NCBI RefSeq assembly: GCF_009914755.1
Contig: NC_060931.1
Length of the DNA stretch: 64,000 nt
Strand: one strand, 5' to 3'
Source of the DNA: the human T2T-CHM13v2.0 reference genome, Homo sapiens
A program made the translations under genes and the position numbers. Under the pieces are notes generated by a model. That model had not been told where the DNA came from. It worked only from the letters and a program-made list of their open reading frames with translations, and searched no databases. The stretch's first letter is position 1; the number at the start of each line of letters is the position of its first letter. Shown here in pieces: positions 15,380 through 29,323 of this stretch.

Positions 15380-16155
15380 TGGGAGGTATGGGACTTGATA
15401 GCAGCAGATGTGCAAAGGTCTTACAGGTTACAGTTGAGTCTCAGTGTGAGATGGGTCACTGGGGGATGTGGCCCCTGGGCAGCTAGTGCTATGGAGTCTG
15501 TAGAATAGAGGCACAGTGATGACCAGTTATCTCTGGAGCACTGTGCTCAGTTCTAGGAGACACATTTTTAAGAGAAACTCGTGCTTTCCTGAGGAGGTCT
15601 GGGTCTGTGCTCTCTGATATACGGTAGCCTCTAACCACCTGTGGATATTTAAATTTTATGTAATTAAAATTAATGAAAATTTAAAACAGTTGCTCTGGCA
15701 CTGGCCACATTTCAGATGAACTGGAGCCACATGTGGCTCCGGCTGGAGTGTCAGGCAGCACAGTGGAGAGCATGCCCTGTCCTCTGGAAGGATGTGGCTC
15801 AGAGCACGTCCAGCCCAGAAGTCACAGAGCCAGGACCTCATGGAGTGAGAAGTAGTTGAAAACACTAAAGTTGTGTACCCTACAAAATTGTCCTCAGACA
15901 ATTCAGAATCTATGTCACAGAAGCAGAATTGGATTTCTCAAGAGTGACTCACAACAGCATAACTTGGATTAACTGAAGGGATGTAAAGAGAAGGTTTTAG
16001 CTCAATGCAAGTCCAACATTTCCATCAGAAGTGTTCAAAACGTGGAATGCGAGTCTCCAGGAATTGTGATTTTTTTCTTTCGTTTAAGACGTTCAAATAG
16101 AGACTGCTGTCCAATTATTGCCAATGCTAGGGAGGGCATTTCTGCCTCAGATGGA
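15380..16155 (+). mobile_element. L3/CR1 3' fragment interrupted by MER3
   Basis: CTGGAGCACTGTGCTCAGTTCTAGG...CACATTTTTAAGAG and GTTCAAAACGTGGAATG...GTTCAAATAGAGACTG resemble L3. Confidence 0.55.
15606..15765. mobile_element. MER3-like hAT-Charlie MITE
   Basis: CTGTGCT...GGTAGCCTCTAACCACCTGTGG...AGCCACATGTGGCT...AGCACAG quasi-palindromic structure. Confidence 0.7.
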
Positions 16156-16156
16156 G

Positions 16157-16385
16157 GTAGTGAGGTGTCAGCAAAGAATGTGGATTTTAGAACTAGGTAG
16201 ATTTAACCCAAGTCCTGGTTCTATCATTTTCTAACTTAATGGCTTTGCTCAACTCACCACACCCCTCCGTTCTCCCCAGTAAAGTGAGGACAATACTAAT
16301 TGTCTCACAATACTGTGTTGGGTGTTAAATGAGACCACAAAGTAAAGTATCAAAGGCAGTGCCTGTCCCAGAGCAGGTGACTTGC
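16157..16385 (+). mobile_element. MIR
   Basis: Degenerate MIR core: AAGTCCTGGTTCT...GTAAAGTGAGGACAATACT...TTAAATGAGA...CAGTGCCTG. Confidence 0.65.
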
Positions 16386-17642
16386 ACTAATCAGAGGCTC
16401 ACCCTGCCTTGCTGCTCCACACACACGACTGACTGACAACATCCGTGACCCACAACATCCACAGCTCATTCCCACGGCAGTCCTCACGCAGGCACCAAAA
16501 CTCTACCCCACTCATGAAATCGACGTGAAATGCAAGGAAATCAGAATGTGGTTATCTGAGGTATCGACTTTAATCTTCTCTGGTTTATTTTTTTAAATAA
16601 ATTAGTTACAGAGCGAGACTTTAATCATTATCAGTAGCAGATTTCACTAGCACAATTATCAAGTGTCAAAACCCCAAAGGTGAGAATCACCGTTCTTGGA
16701 GCATCCTAAGCCCTGTCTACCTTTAGAGGTTCCAATGCTGGCATAGGGTTCAAGACCATATGTTTTATTATGAGGAATTCAAGTGAGACCAGACTGTTTT
16801 GTTGTAAATACTATAAGAAAGACAACATCCTTTCTTCTCCTCCATTTCTATGCCTGTGAAGATGTGATGAGCAAGCCTTGGAAGCCTCAGTTCCTCAGAC
16901 TCTTCCAGGCATGGGGCCATGGAACTTGGCAAAAGCGGGTGCTGTGTGGATCTCAGTCTCTGGAGCCATTCGTTGGGTCGTGAGCAGCAAAGTAGCCTTC
17001 ATCTTTCCCAGTCTTCACACTTCGAGGACCCTCACTGCTGGTGGGGAGGGGGTTTCTGCTCTAGGCTGTGGTAATGCTATCCCCCGACCTGCAAATTCAC
17101 ACAATGAGCCAACTGGCCACATGCTCCAAGGAGCTAAGATGCTGTTGGTCCACAAACAAAGGTTCAGGTTCTGTGTAGCTTAGGATCCGGTTGCTAATTG
17201 GCTTGAAACATTTAAATCCTCTTGCATTTAGTTGAATATGTGGATATGCCTATTGAGAAGTATGTTATGAAATCTAGGGTTTGTATTCCCATCCGTAACA
17301 GGAAGAATAAAACCTTGAAAAATGTTTCATTTTAAATACAGACCCCTTGTGTATCAAAAAGTATATTTTTTTGGGAATACAAAGCCACCACCACCACCAC
17401 CACCATTGCCCATAGAGGCGCCTGCAGAGGCTGGACTTGCTGCTTCTGGTCCGTTGAGCTGAGAAGCACAGAGGTTCAGTGGGTTGTTGAGGGCACCAGG
17501 GACCCCAGGTGGAACTGGTAAGAAAAGCTGAATCCAATCCTTGGCTTTTACTCACCTTGTTTAAATTACTGTCCTTAAGCTTTTTCCATATTAGCCTGGA
17601 GCCATAAATAGTTTGTGTGGCTACTTTCAAAATTCAATTCTG

Positions 17643-18124
<482 letters not shown>

Positions 18125-18919
18125 TCAGTCCAGCAGCCAAGGGCTTACGTATTTTGAGCGGTCTATGGCTTTCTGTTGAGCAGACTTATAGCTTCTCATA
18201 GCTGGGCATATTTCTATTTCCTGGGTTATCTGAATGCATTTCTTGTAACCCTGGCAGAAGAAAAGTTTCTATCAGCCCTCCTTGTAGGAAGAAAATGTGT
18301 TCCCTAGTTTGTAGGCAGCAGAGAGCCTGCTGTGTTAGTTGTGTCCCGTCAGAAGCATTTGAGAAAGTCTCTCGCGGTATAACAATGGCAGTTTTTTGCT
18401 TGAGGGACAGAGAGAGAGCAGAAGCTGGTGAATCTGACAGGCAAGGGTCCCTAAGAGAAAGGATAAGGTCCCTAAGAAAGGGCCCCCTGCCCTGCCTTCC
18501 TCACCTCCTCTTCCCCCCCTCACCACGTGGCCTCAGGAGATAGGGCGGTGTCACTGCCTCTGCTGACCCTCCCGATGTACCAGATGAAGAGACCGGGTCA
18601 GTAACGCAAGGAGTTGATGTGGACATCCACTGCCCAGCATTTTGTTCATCGTGCAGCTTTATAAACTGTCCAAAGCAAGGTTCAGAAGAGGCAGGATTTT
18701 GCAAAACTCTCACATCAGTTCCATCTAGGACGTGTGGACATCACAGTGATTGGGATGATGGGCTGGCTGACCCTTGGTGGTTCTCAACAATTTCCAGGAT
18801 GTTGCATTTATTTATCCATGACATGACATCAGGGGTGGGAGCTGTGCTTATGCAGAAAGGGGTTCTCACAGACTGGACCATCTGCCTACCTGCTCTCCCA
18901 CCTGTGTATTGTATCTGTT

Positions 18920-19730
18920 TATTTAGGTGGAATTTTAAATTTAGAAAACAGTTGCAAAAATACTATGACCTGTTTATATCCTTTACTCAGATGACCAATT
19001 GTTTACATTTTGCTCCACTTACTTTATTATTTTCTCTCTTTCTGTATTTACCAATAAAAAGAGCATTTTCTTACAGAGGCACAGGACCGTGACCAGAATC
19101 AGGACATTCACAGTTGGCACAGTATCGGCGTCTAACCTGGCATCAACATTCCAGTTTCACCTGCTCCCTGGCACACTGTGGACCACTGCCACCTTGGTCT
19201 GGGATCCACCCAGGCCTCCAGTGTGTGTAGTTGCTCTGTCTCCTTAATTTCCTTTCAACTAGAATATTTCTTCCCTCTTTCTTTGCCTGTTATGGCCTTT
19301 ACATTTTTCAGAACAGAACAGGTTTTCTGTACAGTGCCCATCACTATGATTTGTTTGATGTTTCCTCATAATTAGAATTTTGGCCAGAATCCTAGAGAAG
19401 TGATGTTTTGTCCTTGCCATGCATCCTATCAAGAGGCACGTGATATCAGTGTGTCCTGCTGGCGATGGTCATTTTGATCTCTTGTTTAAGGTGGCATCTG
19501 TAAGGTTTTCCCACCGTAGGTTGCTCTATTTCCTTTGAAATGAACAAGTAATTGTGGGGCGATTTTTTCGGACTATATTCATATCTTTTGACTCATCAAA
19601 TTTTCACCTCCTAGTTTGGGCATGCATTGATGATTCTTACCCGAGTCAAGTATTATTACAATGGTTGTCAGATGGCAATCTTCTAATTTCATTTCTCCGT
19701 CTGCGCCCATCAGTTGGCATTCTACAAAAA
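18920..19730 (-). mobile_element. L1MC4/5-type 3'UTR fragment
   Basis: Recognisable L1MC 3'-end motifs (GTTTCCTCATAATTAGA, TTTGATCTCTTGTTTAAGGTGGCATCTG, GCATTGATGATTCTTACCCGAGTCAA). Confidence 0.7.
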
Positions 19731-19849
19731 TATGGAGCCGTCGTGAGCTTGCGTCTCCTTGTGCAAGAGCTGTGGCTATGCTGAGCTTCTCCACATATTT
19801 CCAACTTTAGTACATGGGCAGGTGAGGCAAGCACCACTCTTACCTTCGA

Positions 19850-21021
19850 ACACCACACACACACACCACACACACATATCACATAATACACACCCCACAT
19901 ACCACTCACACAGCATAACACACCACATAACACACATCCTACATATGACATCATACATCATACACACCACACACACACCAAATACACCACATGCCACACA
20001 ACTTACATACCACATCATACACATCATACACACGACACACAGCACATAACACACCACATGCCATACATCCTACATACATCATACACACCATACACACACA
20101 TCAAATACCACACCACATGCCACACAACCTACACACCACATCATACACAGCATACACATGCATGACACATAGCACATAACACACCACATGCCACACAACC
20201 TACATACCACATCCTACACACCACACACACCCCATAACATACCACATCACATACCACACACACCATATACCACATCATATACACCACACACAAACCACAC
20301 ACACAAACACAAACACCACACATACCACGCACACCTACACCCAAAGACACTGTACACCATACACCACACTGTACACACCACACACCACACCACACCAGCC
20401 ACCACACATACAGCACACACACAAACACACCACACACACTACACTATATACCACACACACTCCAAACCCCACACACATTACACATCACACCACACACACA
20501 CACACCAGATAACATACCACACACTACATACCACATGTACCACACACAACACACATCCGACATACCACACACAGCACATACCACATACCACATTACATAC
20601 CACACCACATACCACACATCCTACATACCACATCATACACACCACACACAACACATACTACACACCCCACAGTACCACATACACCACATAACACACTACA
20701 TGCCACACTTCTTCCATACATCATACATACCACAAACATCACACAGCACACAGCACATACCACACATTCCACATACGACATCATACACACCACACACACT
20801 GCACATATTATACCAACACATCCCACATACCATATCATATACACCACACACAAACCACACACACAAATGCAAACACCACATACACCATACATACCCACAC
20901 ACACAAACACTGTATACCATACACCACACTGTACACACCACAAACACACACACACCATACCCCACACACACACCATACACACACACACACACACACCATA
21001 CACACACACACACACACACAT
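19850..21021. repeat. CA-rich degenerate simple-repeat/minisatellite tract (~1.17 kb)
   Basis: CACAC/CATAC/ACCAC units with almost no G on the + strand; internal higher-order duplications. Confidence 0.97.
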
Positions 21022-21574
21022 AAAAAAAAACTTCTGTTGAGGCTGTGCCCCCACCACTTGGAGCCACTACATCTCCCTACCTCAACTTCTTTCCACTTGG
21101 TAGTCCTGTCTTCTGAAGTTAGTAAATGCAGGCGTGAGGCAGGGAGGCGCTTTGGCTGATTGGCGGAACCCTGGGATGAGCCACAGCATGGCTGTGTGGC
21201 ACGTGTGGTGTGGGTGTGGGTAGGGGGATCCCGCCGTGCTTCCTTCCCACCCTGAGTCCCGTGTGTGCCCCTTACAGTGTGTTTCCTATTAAAGTTCCTT
21301 TCATGTTTGGGCCAAGGGTGTTTCCTTTAATTCCTGCTAGCATAAAAGAATGAGGTTTTCTGCAGCAATTTCTAAGTCTGAAAAGGGAGGCTCTGGGGTA
21401 AAAATGTTGAACAATTAAAATGATTAGAAATTATCTATATAAAATACAGGTATACAAAATATGTATATTGAATCCTAGCTAGACAGACGGTATCCCCGGG
21501 AGAACTCCTCCTTGAGGAATGGGCCATTTGCTTCATAATAGATGCGAGATCATCCTCGGGCCAGTTAGCATGCA

Positions 21575-21685
21575 CAGTTTCCCGGGATGCTTTGCGATAC
21601 AAATTCATAAACATTGATTGAAAGGTCAGGGGACGTTCCCATCAACACGCGGCTCTGTCGGATTGTTCAAGGGAAAGTTAGCACT
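21575..21685. promoter_or_regulatory. Candidate enhancer motif cluster
   Basis: NF-kB-type GGGACGTTCCC (21630-21640), AGGTCA half-site (21623), TGATTGA (21615), STAT-like TTCCCGGGA (21579); CpGs locally retained. Confidence 0.3.
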
Positions 21686-22776
21686 GTTGCATGCAGGCAG
21701 TTGAGTTCTTAGGGAAGAGTGCTGGCCCTGGTGGAGTTTTCCATGTCTGTGTGATTTGGTGTGGTGTGATATAGTCAATGGGACTTGGTTCGGCGCAGGG
21801 AGAGCTGCATGTTTCTGCTCATGTTATCTGGAAATAAGGATTCGGGCTCTGTGTGCTGAATTATGTTTGCGGCGATCTCACAGTTGTGAAGAAGAGGCAT
21901 GGCTGGGAGGCATGTTCAGAGCTGGAGAGGGTATAAAATTCTCATTTCTTACCTTCTCTGAGGGAAGGAGTGTGGAGTGGCAGATTTCCAGTCTCTGGGT
22001 CTTATATCAGTGTCGTTCTCTGGGACCAGCACTGTCCCCATATGGGTACCACTGGGACGTGTAGTTGACCTCTGACGTGCACGGCAGATGCACGGACAGG
22101 CAGGGTGGTGCTGGGTGAGCATTAGCCGTGTGCAGCTGGTGAGCCTATGCCTTCTTGTTGGCAGGCCTCGCTGCTGAGAGTAAGTTGGTGAGGACCCATG
22201 CACGTAGGTTCTCACATGTTTCCAAAGGTCCCTTCCTGCCTCACTGGTGAGCCTTTCTCCCAAATGAGAACTCCTCGCTCTTGCCTCCCTTTCTACTTTC
22301 TACATCTTCCTGGGACTTCCTGGCCATCTCCTTTCTGCATGCATGCTGCAGGAATTTCCACTCCAGGGAGGGAGCTCTCAGTATCTGCACAGCCCAGGTG
22401 CAGGACATGTGCTGCCCAGGCTGGGTTGCTGTCTGTTGTTTCACCCTGCACAGTGAAGAGAATGGGGGGTTAATGTGTCAGGCATGGCATGCGTGATTTA
22501 GAACCATTCATGCCTCCAAGTATTTGAGGCAGCTCCTGGGATCCACATCTGTGAGCAAGGAAACTGAGGCCTGGCTTAAATCACACGTCCAAGACCAGAG
22601 TTAGGAACAGGGCACCTGCCTGGACCCAGGTTCACACCTGTAAGCATGTCGTGGGTGTGGGATATGCCTTAGCTCTCTGAGCACGTGGCAGAAATTTGGG
22701 GATCTATCACCCACTACCGTAACTGTGACAACGTCTCCACAGGAGGAGCGGCAAAGTCTAAATTAAAAGAACGTTT

Positions 22777-22791
22777 CCCGCAGGGGGCGCT
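22777..22791 (+). promoter_or_regulatory. CTCF binding motif
   Basis: CCCGCAGGGGGCGCT, one mismatch to the CCAGCAGGGGGCGCT core; both CpGs retained. Confidence 0.6.
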
Positions 22792-23989
22792 CTTTTTTGG
22801 ATCTCTCTGCTTGGAGATATCTCTGCCTGTGTAGGATCAAAGCAGAGGGAACCTCTGTGTTTTCAAATAATGTTTTTCCCCTAAAGCAGCACCAGTCCTA
22901 ATTGAGTAATAGAGTAACAAGAAGTAGAAAGGGGAAGCTTTAGCAGCTGGGCCTTCACCTGGTCTTCCAACAAGCCCCAACTCGACGAGAGCCAAAGCAA
23001 GAGACACCATTTGGAGGGGAAGATAAGAAGTCTTCACAAGGTCTTTTCCGGTGTTCTGCTTTTTCCTGGGAGGCGGCCTTGGCGTGTCCCTGAGACCTCC
23101 TGTGATGCTCACGGCTCTGGCGCTGCCATTTTTCTTGGGTGTCGTCTGGTGGTGTCTGCAAGGCCAGCTATAATGTCAGGGCTGTGCTCGATAGCACAGA
23201 AAAGACAGCGTCCTGGAGGAGAGCTTGTTGGAGCAGATTTACAAGGGAGGGTGTGGGTGTCACTCACAGTTCACGCTACAGGACAATCCCTTTCACTCTG
23301 GGAGCTGAGTCCCAGGTGAGAGCTAAGTTCCAGGCGAGACCAGGGAGTCGAGGGGACTGGATTTCTGCTTCTCTCCCAGGAGCTGCGGGCTGGGAAGGGG
23401 AAGGAACAGAGCTGAGGTGTGACATCGCCCCCGGTTTCCCCTGTTGCCCAGGTTATAGCTTGGGTGGGGCTGACTTCAGAGGCAACATTAGAACCTTTTA
23501 AAATACCCTTAATGATTTACATGAATTAGAACAAGAAGGCAGCTGGGTGTCGTGGAAAGCGAGTGGGATCTGGGTTATGTCCTCACTGTGCCTTTTTATG
23601 CACACAAAGATTTATCTACCCATGCTATCAACTTAGTGTGTATTATAGTGAAATGCCGTAAATAATCTCATGTCCCCTTTATACAGATAAGAAAAATTTT
23701 TCAGGGACATTGAGTTAACTTGATAAAGTTCTCCAGTTATCAACCTGGTAATTCCAGTTCTAGAAAATGGCAAGAGGTAAATGCCAACAGTGGGTATTTA
23801 TATAAGAATGATTATGGATCAGTTAAGCAAGTCAGTAAAAGGAAATCGCTAGTGTGCATAAGGTGCTATTGAGGCAATACCTTTATGCTTTTGGTTTATA
23901 AAGTAAAACATTTTAAATCTTGGTATTTGTGCTATGTCTGCATAATAAAATATTTCATAATTAAAGTCATACTTTGGAAGATTTTTTAT

Positions 23990-24230
23990 TATATAAGAAA
24001 ATCTCTATATTACAACATTAAGTGAAAACAGTGGGAGAATAAAATCTAAAACTACATATAGAGACCAAATCTTATAAACAATAGATTAAAAATACTAGTA
24101 AAAATAGTATAATGACTATACTAGATTTGCTGTCTCTGTGTGTGAAATTATGATTAAATGATTTCTAGTTTATCCTTTCTATATTATTCCAGATGTTTCA
24201 CTATTAACATCAATTATATTTATAACAACA
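23990..24230 (+). mobile_element. Ancient L1ME-type 3' fragment
   Basis: AT-rich, TTAAGTGAAAACAG...GTCTCTGTGTGTGAAATTATG pattern. Confidence 0.4.
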
Positions 24231-24959
24231 GCAGCAAAGGTCAACGTGATTTATATTTTTAGAAAACCAGGTATTAGTAGTTATGGTTATGTAGCAAGGC
24301 TGGCTCAAGAAATGGATCAGACTCTGAGAGGAAAGACCCACGGTTTTGTTGGGTATTCACCGTGTGCTCCCCTTGTAGGTAGAGGTGATGGGATGGACCT
24401 GGCGTTCACTGCAGCTGCCTGTCTCCACACTGCACAGCCTGCTTTGGAGGACGCCCAGCCTCCCCTTGCTGGCCTCCTAGCAGTCTCGTCAGTTTTTCCT
24501 GCAATGTGAGTCACTCCCTTTGCTGTAGCCTGGGTGTACCTGGAACCAGCCAATTGCATATCCACAGTCAGGCGGCCACTCAGTCTCCTACCAGAGTTTA
24601 CAAAGCCAGGGTCCTACAAACACCCTCATAAGTGGGCTTATTTTGGCCCATCCCATGAAAGAAGAGGCTGAGTCTGACAACAGCAGGAGCAGCAGCAATG
24701 ATCGCTTATTCCGAGGCCTCTATGTGCAGGGCACACCTCCACTCTCCCGCCGTGCTGCGAGCCCTTTGAGGGCAGGACCCGTCTGATTCAACGCTATTGC
24801 TCCAGCATAGCTGGACAGGGCTTCACACTGGACATGCTCAGTAAACTTGAGAACGTAAAACAGATGATCGAATTCCTCTGTACTCCAGATGATTTTGCTA
24901 AACAGAATTATTACATATTTAAAATACAGGATTATCACTATTTGAAGATGAAATTAGAC

Positions 24960-25822
24960 ACTTATATAATAAATTACCCCAACACTTAGTGGCTTAAAAC
25001 TATGCACATTTGTTACCCACAGGGTCTGGGTAGCAGGGATCTGGGAGCAGACTGGCTGGTACTCTGGCTCAGGCCTTCCAGGAGCACGCAGCTAGTGCTG
25101 GCTGAGGCAGCTGTCACCTGAGGGCTTGTGGAGGCAGCAGGGCAACGTCCAGGCTCTCTTATGTGGCCTCTGGCAGGAGGCCTCGGGTGCTAGCCACGTA
25201 GGCCCTTCCTCATGATGTGGCATTTGGATTCTCCCAGAACAAGTGACTGAGGGAGTGGTGGGAGGGAGGTTGGTGGAGACAGCAGCGTAGCCCCTTCCTG
25301 TGATCTAGTCTTATGGGTTGTGCTCGCTCACTTCTGCCATATACATTAGGAGCAATTCATAAAATCCAGCCCAGACACAAGACTCCACCTCTTGAAGGGA
25401 GAGGTATTGATATGGTTCTGCTGTGTCCCCACCCAAATCTCACCTTGAATTGTAGCTCCCATAATCCTGTTGGATTATGTTGGAGGAGGGACCCTGTGGG
25501 AGGTAATTTAATCGTGGAGATGGTTACCCTCATGCTTTCTCATGATAGTGAGTTCTCACGAGATCTGATGGTTTTATAAGGGGCTTTTCCCCTTTTGCTC
25601 AGCACTTCTCCTTCCTGCTGCCGTGTGAAGAAGGACATATTTCCTTCCCCTTCTGCCATGATTGTAAGTTTCCTGAGGCCTCCCCAGCCATGCTGAACTG
25701 TGAGTCAATTAAACCTCTTTTCTTTATAAATTACCCAGTATTAGGTATGTCTTTATTAGCTGTGTGAGAATGGACTAATACAGGTATCAAAGAATTTGCG
25801 GTCATCTTTTTTAAAATCACAA
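24960..25822 (-). mobile_element. MLT1 (G/H-like) MaLR LTR, split by a THE1 insertion
   Basis: AAATTACCCCAACACTTAGTGGCTTAAAAC start; AGACTCCACCTCTTGAAGGGAG|...|ATCAAAGAATTTGCGGTCAT continues across the THE1. Confidence 0.75.
25408..25782 (+). mobile_element. THE1-family MaLR solo LTR
   Basis: TGATATGGTT...CCCCACCCAAATCTC ... GGACTAATACA; 5-bp TSD GGTAT. Confidence 0.95.
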
Positions 25823-26618
25823 AATTTCAGGAGATTTAATTAATAAAGTGAGACTCAGGTCTAGGCAGGTAATTAGAGGGGCCTCCAAGAAGGAAACAAA
25901 GACTTTGTCTAACACACTATGGTCTGGAGACAGATCTCCTAGGGGCCTTGCTCAGCTTTTTGCTTACAGCATTGAGCTCCAGGGATTGGCTCTGCTTGCC
26001 ACAGGGTGATGTGCCCCATCTCTTTATGTTACTGAGGGCAGAAGAAGGGTGGATATCTATAGTTTGCCTGCATTTCAGGATCCAAGTCAAGAAGGAGAAG
26101 AAAGAGGAATGGCCCTATTGTGGGAGCCTCCATGATCGCTACTGCATTTGGCAGTGATATATACTCCCTTAACCTTTCCTCTGCAAAGAAATTGATAATG
26201 ATACTTGCACTAGTAAATGTCCACTTCTAAATGTCTGTATAAATAAAACAAGTATCTAAACTCATTCTTGCCCCATAAAATGTCTACACTTTAAAAGTAA
26301 ATCATGCCAATCTGCTCATACAGGCAGAAACTAAAGAGCCTTTAAATTTGTTTTGCAAACAATCACATCAGGATTTGTTCTAATATACTGATGCAGTGGA
26401 CAGATTTATGATTTTTAGGAAGATAGGCACATATTTTGCAGAGAGTAAAAATGGAAATTCAGTGATAGAAAATGGAGGTTTGCTCCATGTAAGGATAGGG
26501 GCTCATATGACTCAGTGGAAAATAGAGGATAATCGACTCTATTATCCTGCCTTTATGTGGAATTGCAATAATGTCCATTCATATTAAAAATAAAATTGAA
26601 GACTTTCCTAATAATCCA

Positions 26619-27510
26619 GTCATTCACAAATAAATATTGATTGAATGCCAAATATATTCCAGGCACCAGACACTCTCTTAAGCACTTGGATACAGCAGTG
26701 AGCAACAAAAAACCTTGCCTTCCTTGGCTTTGAATTCCAATGCATAGGGAACAAAAGCAAATGAATCAGTAAAAATTATTACATGTTATATGGTGATAAA
26801 TTATAAAGGAAAAAAATCAGGGAATGAATATAGAGGGTCAGGGAAATGGCTTAAAATTATTAAAAGCGTGGCCAAGAGGTCACGTTGCAAAGTTCACATT
26901 TGCCCAAATAGCTAAATGAAGCAAGGGAGTGAACCACCACAGCCAGCTGGAGGAAGAGCATTTTGAGAATACAGAATAAGTGCAAAGGCCCTGGGGTGGT
27001 CGGGGAGGGTGGTCTGTGCAAGAGCATGACGAAGTCCATCGTGGCTGAGGAGTGGTCAGAAGAACCTGACCATGTGTGCCTGTTGGTTATTTAAGGATTT
27101 TGGTTTTAACCAAAGTGAGCTGGGTGGCTGCTGGAGGGTGTGAAGGAAGAGACTCCTAATCTGAGATGGATCTCTGGGATGAATGGTTGTTGGTGTTTGA
27201 GAAGCTATTGCAGTAATCGAGTCAAGAAATGGTGCTGGCGTGGCCCCGGGTGGCAGTGGTGGGTGAAAGCACTGAGAGTGTGTTCTGCGAGGAGACTTGC
27301 CAAGATTGACCCACAGACCACATGTGGGATATTAGGGAGCATAACAGTCAGGTTTCTGGCCCAGCCCCTGCAAGTATAGAGTGCCATTGTTTTTAGATTG
27401 GGAATGCTGAGAAAGGAACAGGTTTAGGGTTATGTTTGGTTTGTAAAGTTTAAGATGCCATTGGATACTGAAATAAATGTATGAATCTGGAGTTCACAGA
27501 AAAGGTTTCG
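26619..27510 (-). mobile_element. L2 3' fragment
   Basis: CATTCACAAATAAATATTGATTGAATGCC...CCAGGCAC...GGATACAGCAGTGAGCAA; GTGCAAAGGCCCTGGGG. Confidence 0.8.
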
Positions 27511-29009
27511 ATTAGATTATAATAGAGCAAAATCAACTTCCAGAGTAGAAGTGGGAGTTTTATTTTTTATTTATTTATTTTATTTTTTACCAGAACTGCT
27601 ATTTTTACAAACTGAAAGTCCCTTAGAACATACACTGAAAAAAAAATCCCAGTTATTCTCTGAGTCCTTACATAGAATTGAAGACCACCTGCCTGTTTGT
27701 CTTTGCCTGTTTCCTTTTCTTCTGTTCTTAACTCCTCTCCAGCTCCTGAATAGCAATTTTGTTTCTCTCTGCCTCATGCAACAGACTTTTCTGGATGATT
27801 CGCCCCATCCCCCGTCATGCCAAGCCTCTGCCCCACTTCATTTCTCTTTCAGTGAGTGGAGCCTCCGCCGTCTCCCAGACCTATTGTTGCCTGGACCCTC
27901 TCAAGCCTACCCCTTCCTCTCCTCCCTCCCCTCCTTTACTCCGTCCCTTTCCATGGAGCCACACTCGGGGCAAGACCATCTGCTCTGGCCTTCCGAGGCT
28001 TCCGCACTGCTGGCAGATGCTCCCCACGTCCCCTAGAATGGTTTGTGATCTTTCTCTGTCTGGTCCCAACATGCCTTTCCAGCCTCCTCCCTCCCCACGC
28101 CAGCAGTTAACCCACGCATCCATCCAGGAGATTTCCCACACAGACTGCACATACCGCACAGGTGTGACCTGCTGGTGATGATCTGCTTTCTCTAAAATGG
28201 ACTTTCCCTTCTGTCTGCACTTGCTGATCAACAAAAAGCCTGCTGGGCCTTTAAGACAGGCCTCAAACCACCTCTGCTGTGAAGCCTGCCCTTCCTCGTC
28301 AAGACCCCAAACGAGGCTCACCTCCCCGTGACCGTGCAGCGTGCTGCTGGTCCTGCCAACGGTGCCCCTGACGGAGCTGTGGTTGGTCCTGTGTTTACCT
28401 CTTCGGCCTTTCCACCCCTCCAGAGGTCCGCCTCTTGTCTCCAGGTCTTTGTATCTAACTGACCAGTTGGACACTCACCAACCTGAATGCCATGTGGTGT
28501 TCTGGAAAGCTTCCTCTGTAATTTCCAGTTCAGATCAGTTGTTCATCCTGTGCACTCCAGTCTCATCCTGTGCTTAATTCTACCACAACAAACAACGCAG
28601 TATTAAAATTGTCTGTGCAGCTTTCTCTGCAGTCTGAAAGACCTCGAAGAGAACAGACCTGCCTTATTTACTGTGCGAGTATCCAGCTAGAGCCTGGAGC
28701 TCAGTAAATATCTGTGATTTCACTCTTTCTCTTTCTCCTTCCATCCCTTCCCCTGTCCTCCTCTCCCTTTCTTCTTTCTTTCCTTCTTTCTTTCAGCACA
28801 CATCAGTACAATTCCACACAATGGAAAGAGAAGAGTGAACAAGGCAGGACATTTAGAAGGGAAAGTGGAGGAGCAAAGTGAGGAAATCTTATCAGAAAAG
28901 GGGTGATCAGCAATGTTTAATGTTGTCACAGGCAAGAAATATGCAGGCAAAAAAATCCTTTACATTCTGTAACTAGGATGTTGCATGGAGATTTATATAA
29001 AGAGTGTTG

Positions 29010-29323
29010 GGCTGGGCACAGTGGCTCATGCCTGTAATCCCAGCCCTCTGGGAGGCTGAGGCGGGCGGATCACCTGAGGTCAGGAGTTGTAGACAAGCCT
29101 GGTCAACATGGTGAAACCCCATCTCTACCAAAAATACAAAAATTAGCTGGGCACTGTGGCGGGCGCATGTAATCCCAGCTTCTCGGGAGGCTGAGGTGAG
29201 AGAATCACTTGAACCTGGGAGGCAGAGGTTTCAGTGAGCCGAGATGGCGCCATTGCACTCCAGCCTGGGCAACAAGAGCAAAACTCCATACTCCATCTCA
29301 AAAAAAAAAAAAAAAAAAAAAAA
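29010..29323 (+). mobile_element. AluS (Sp/Sq-like)
   Basis: Full dimer, long A tail, TSD AAGA(G/A)TGTT. Confidence 0.96.

Noticed and set aside
19646-21067. His/Thr-rich and Cys/Val-rich ORFs up to 167 aa
   Set aside because: Translation artefacts of the CA-rich repeat, where low G content suppresses stop codons
27551-28474. Overlapping 139-197 aa ORFs on both strands
   Set aside because: Pyrimidine/purine-skewed, probably L2-derived sequence; no homology or splice support
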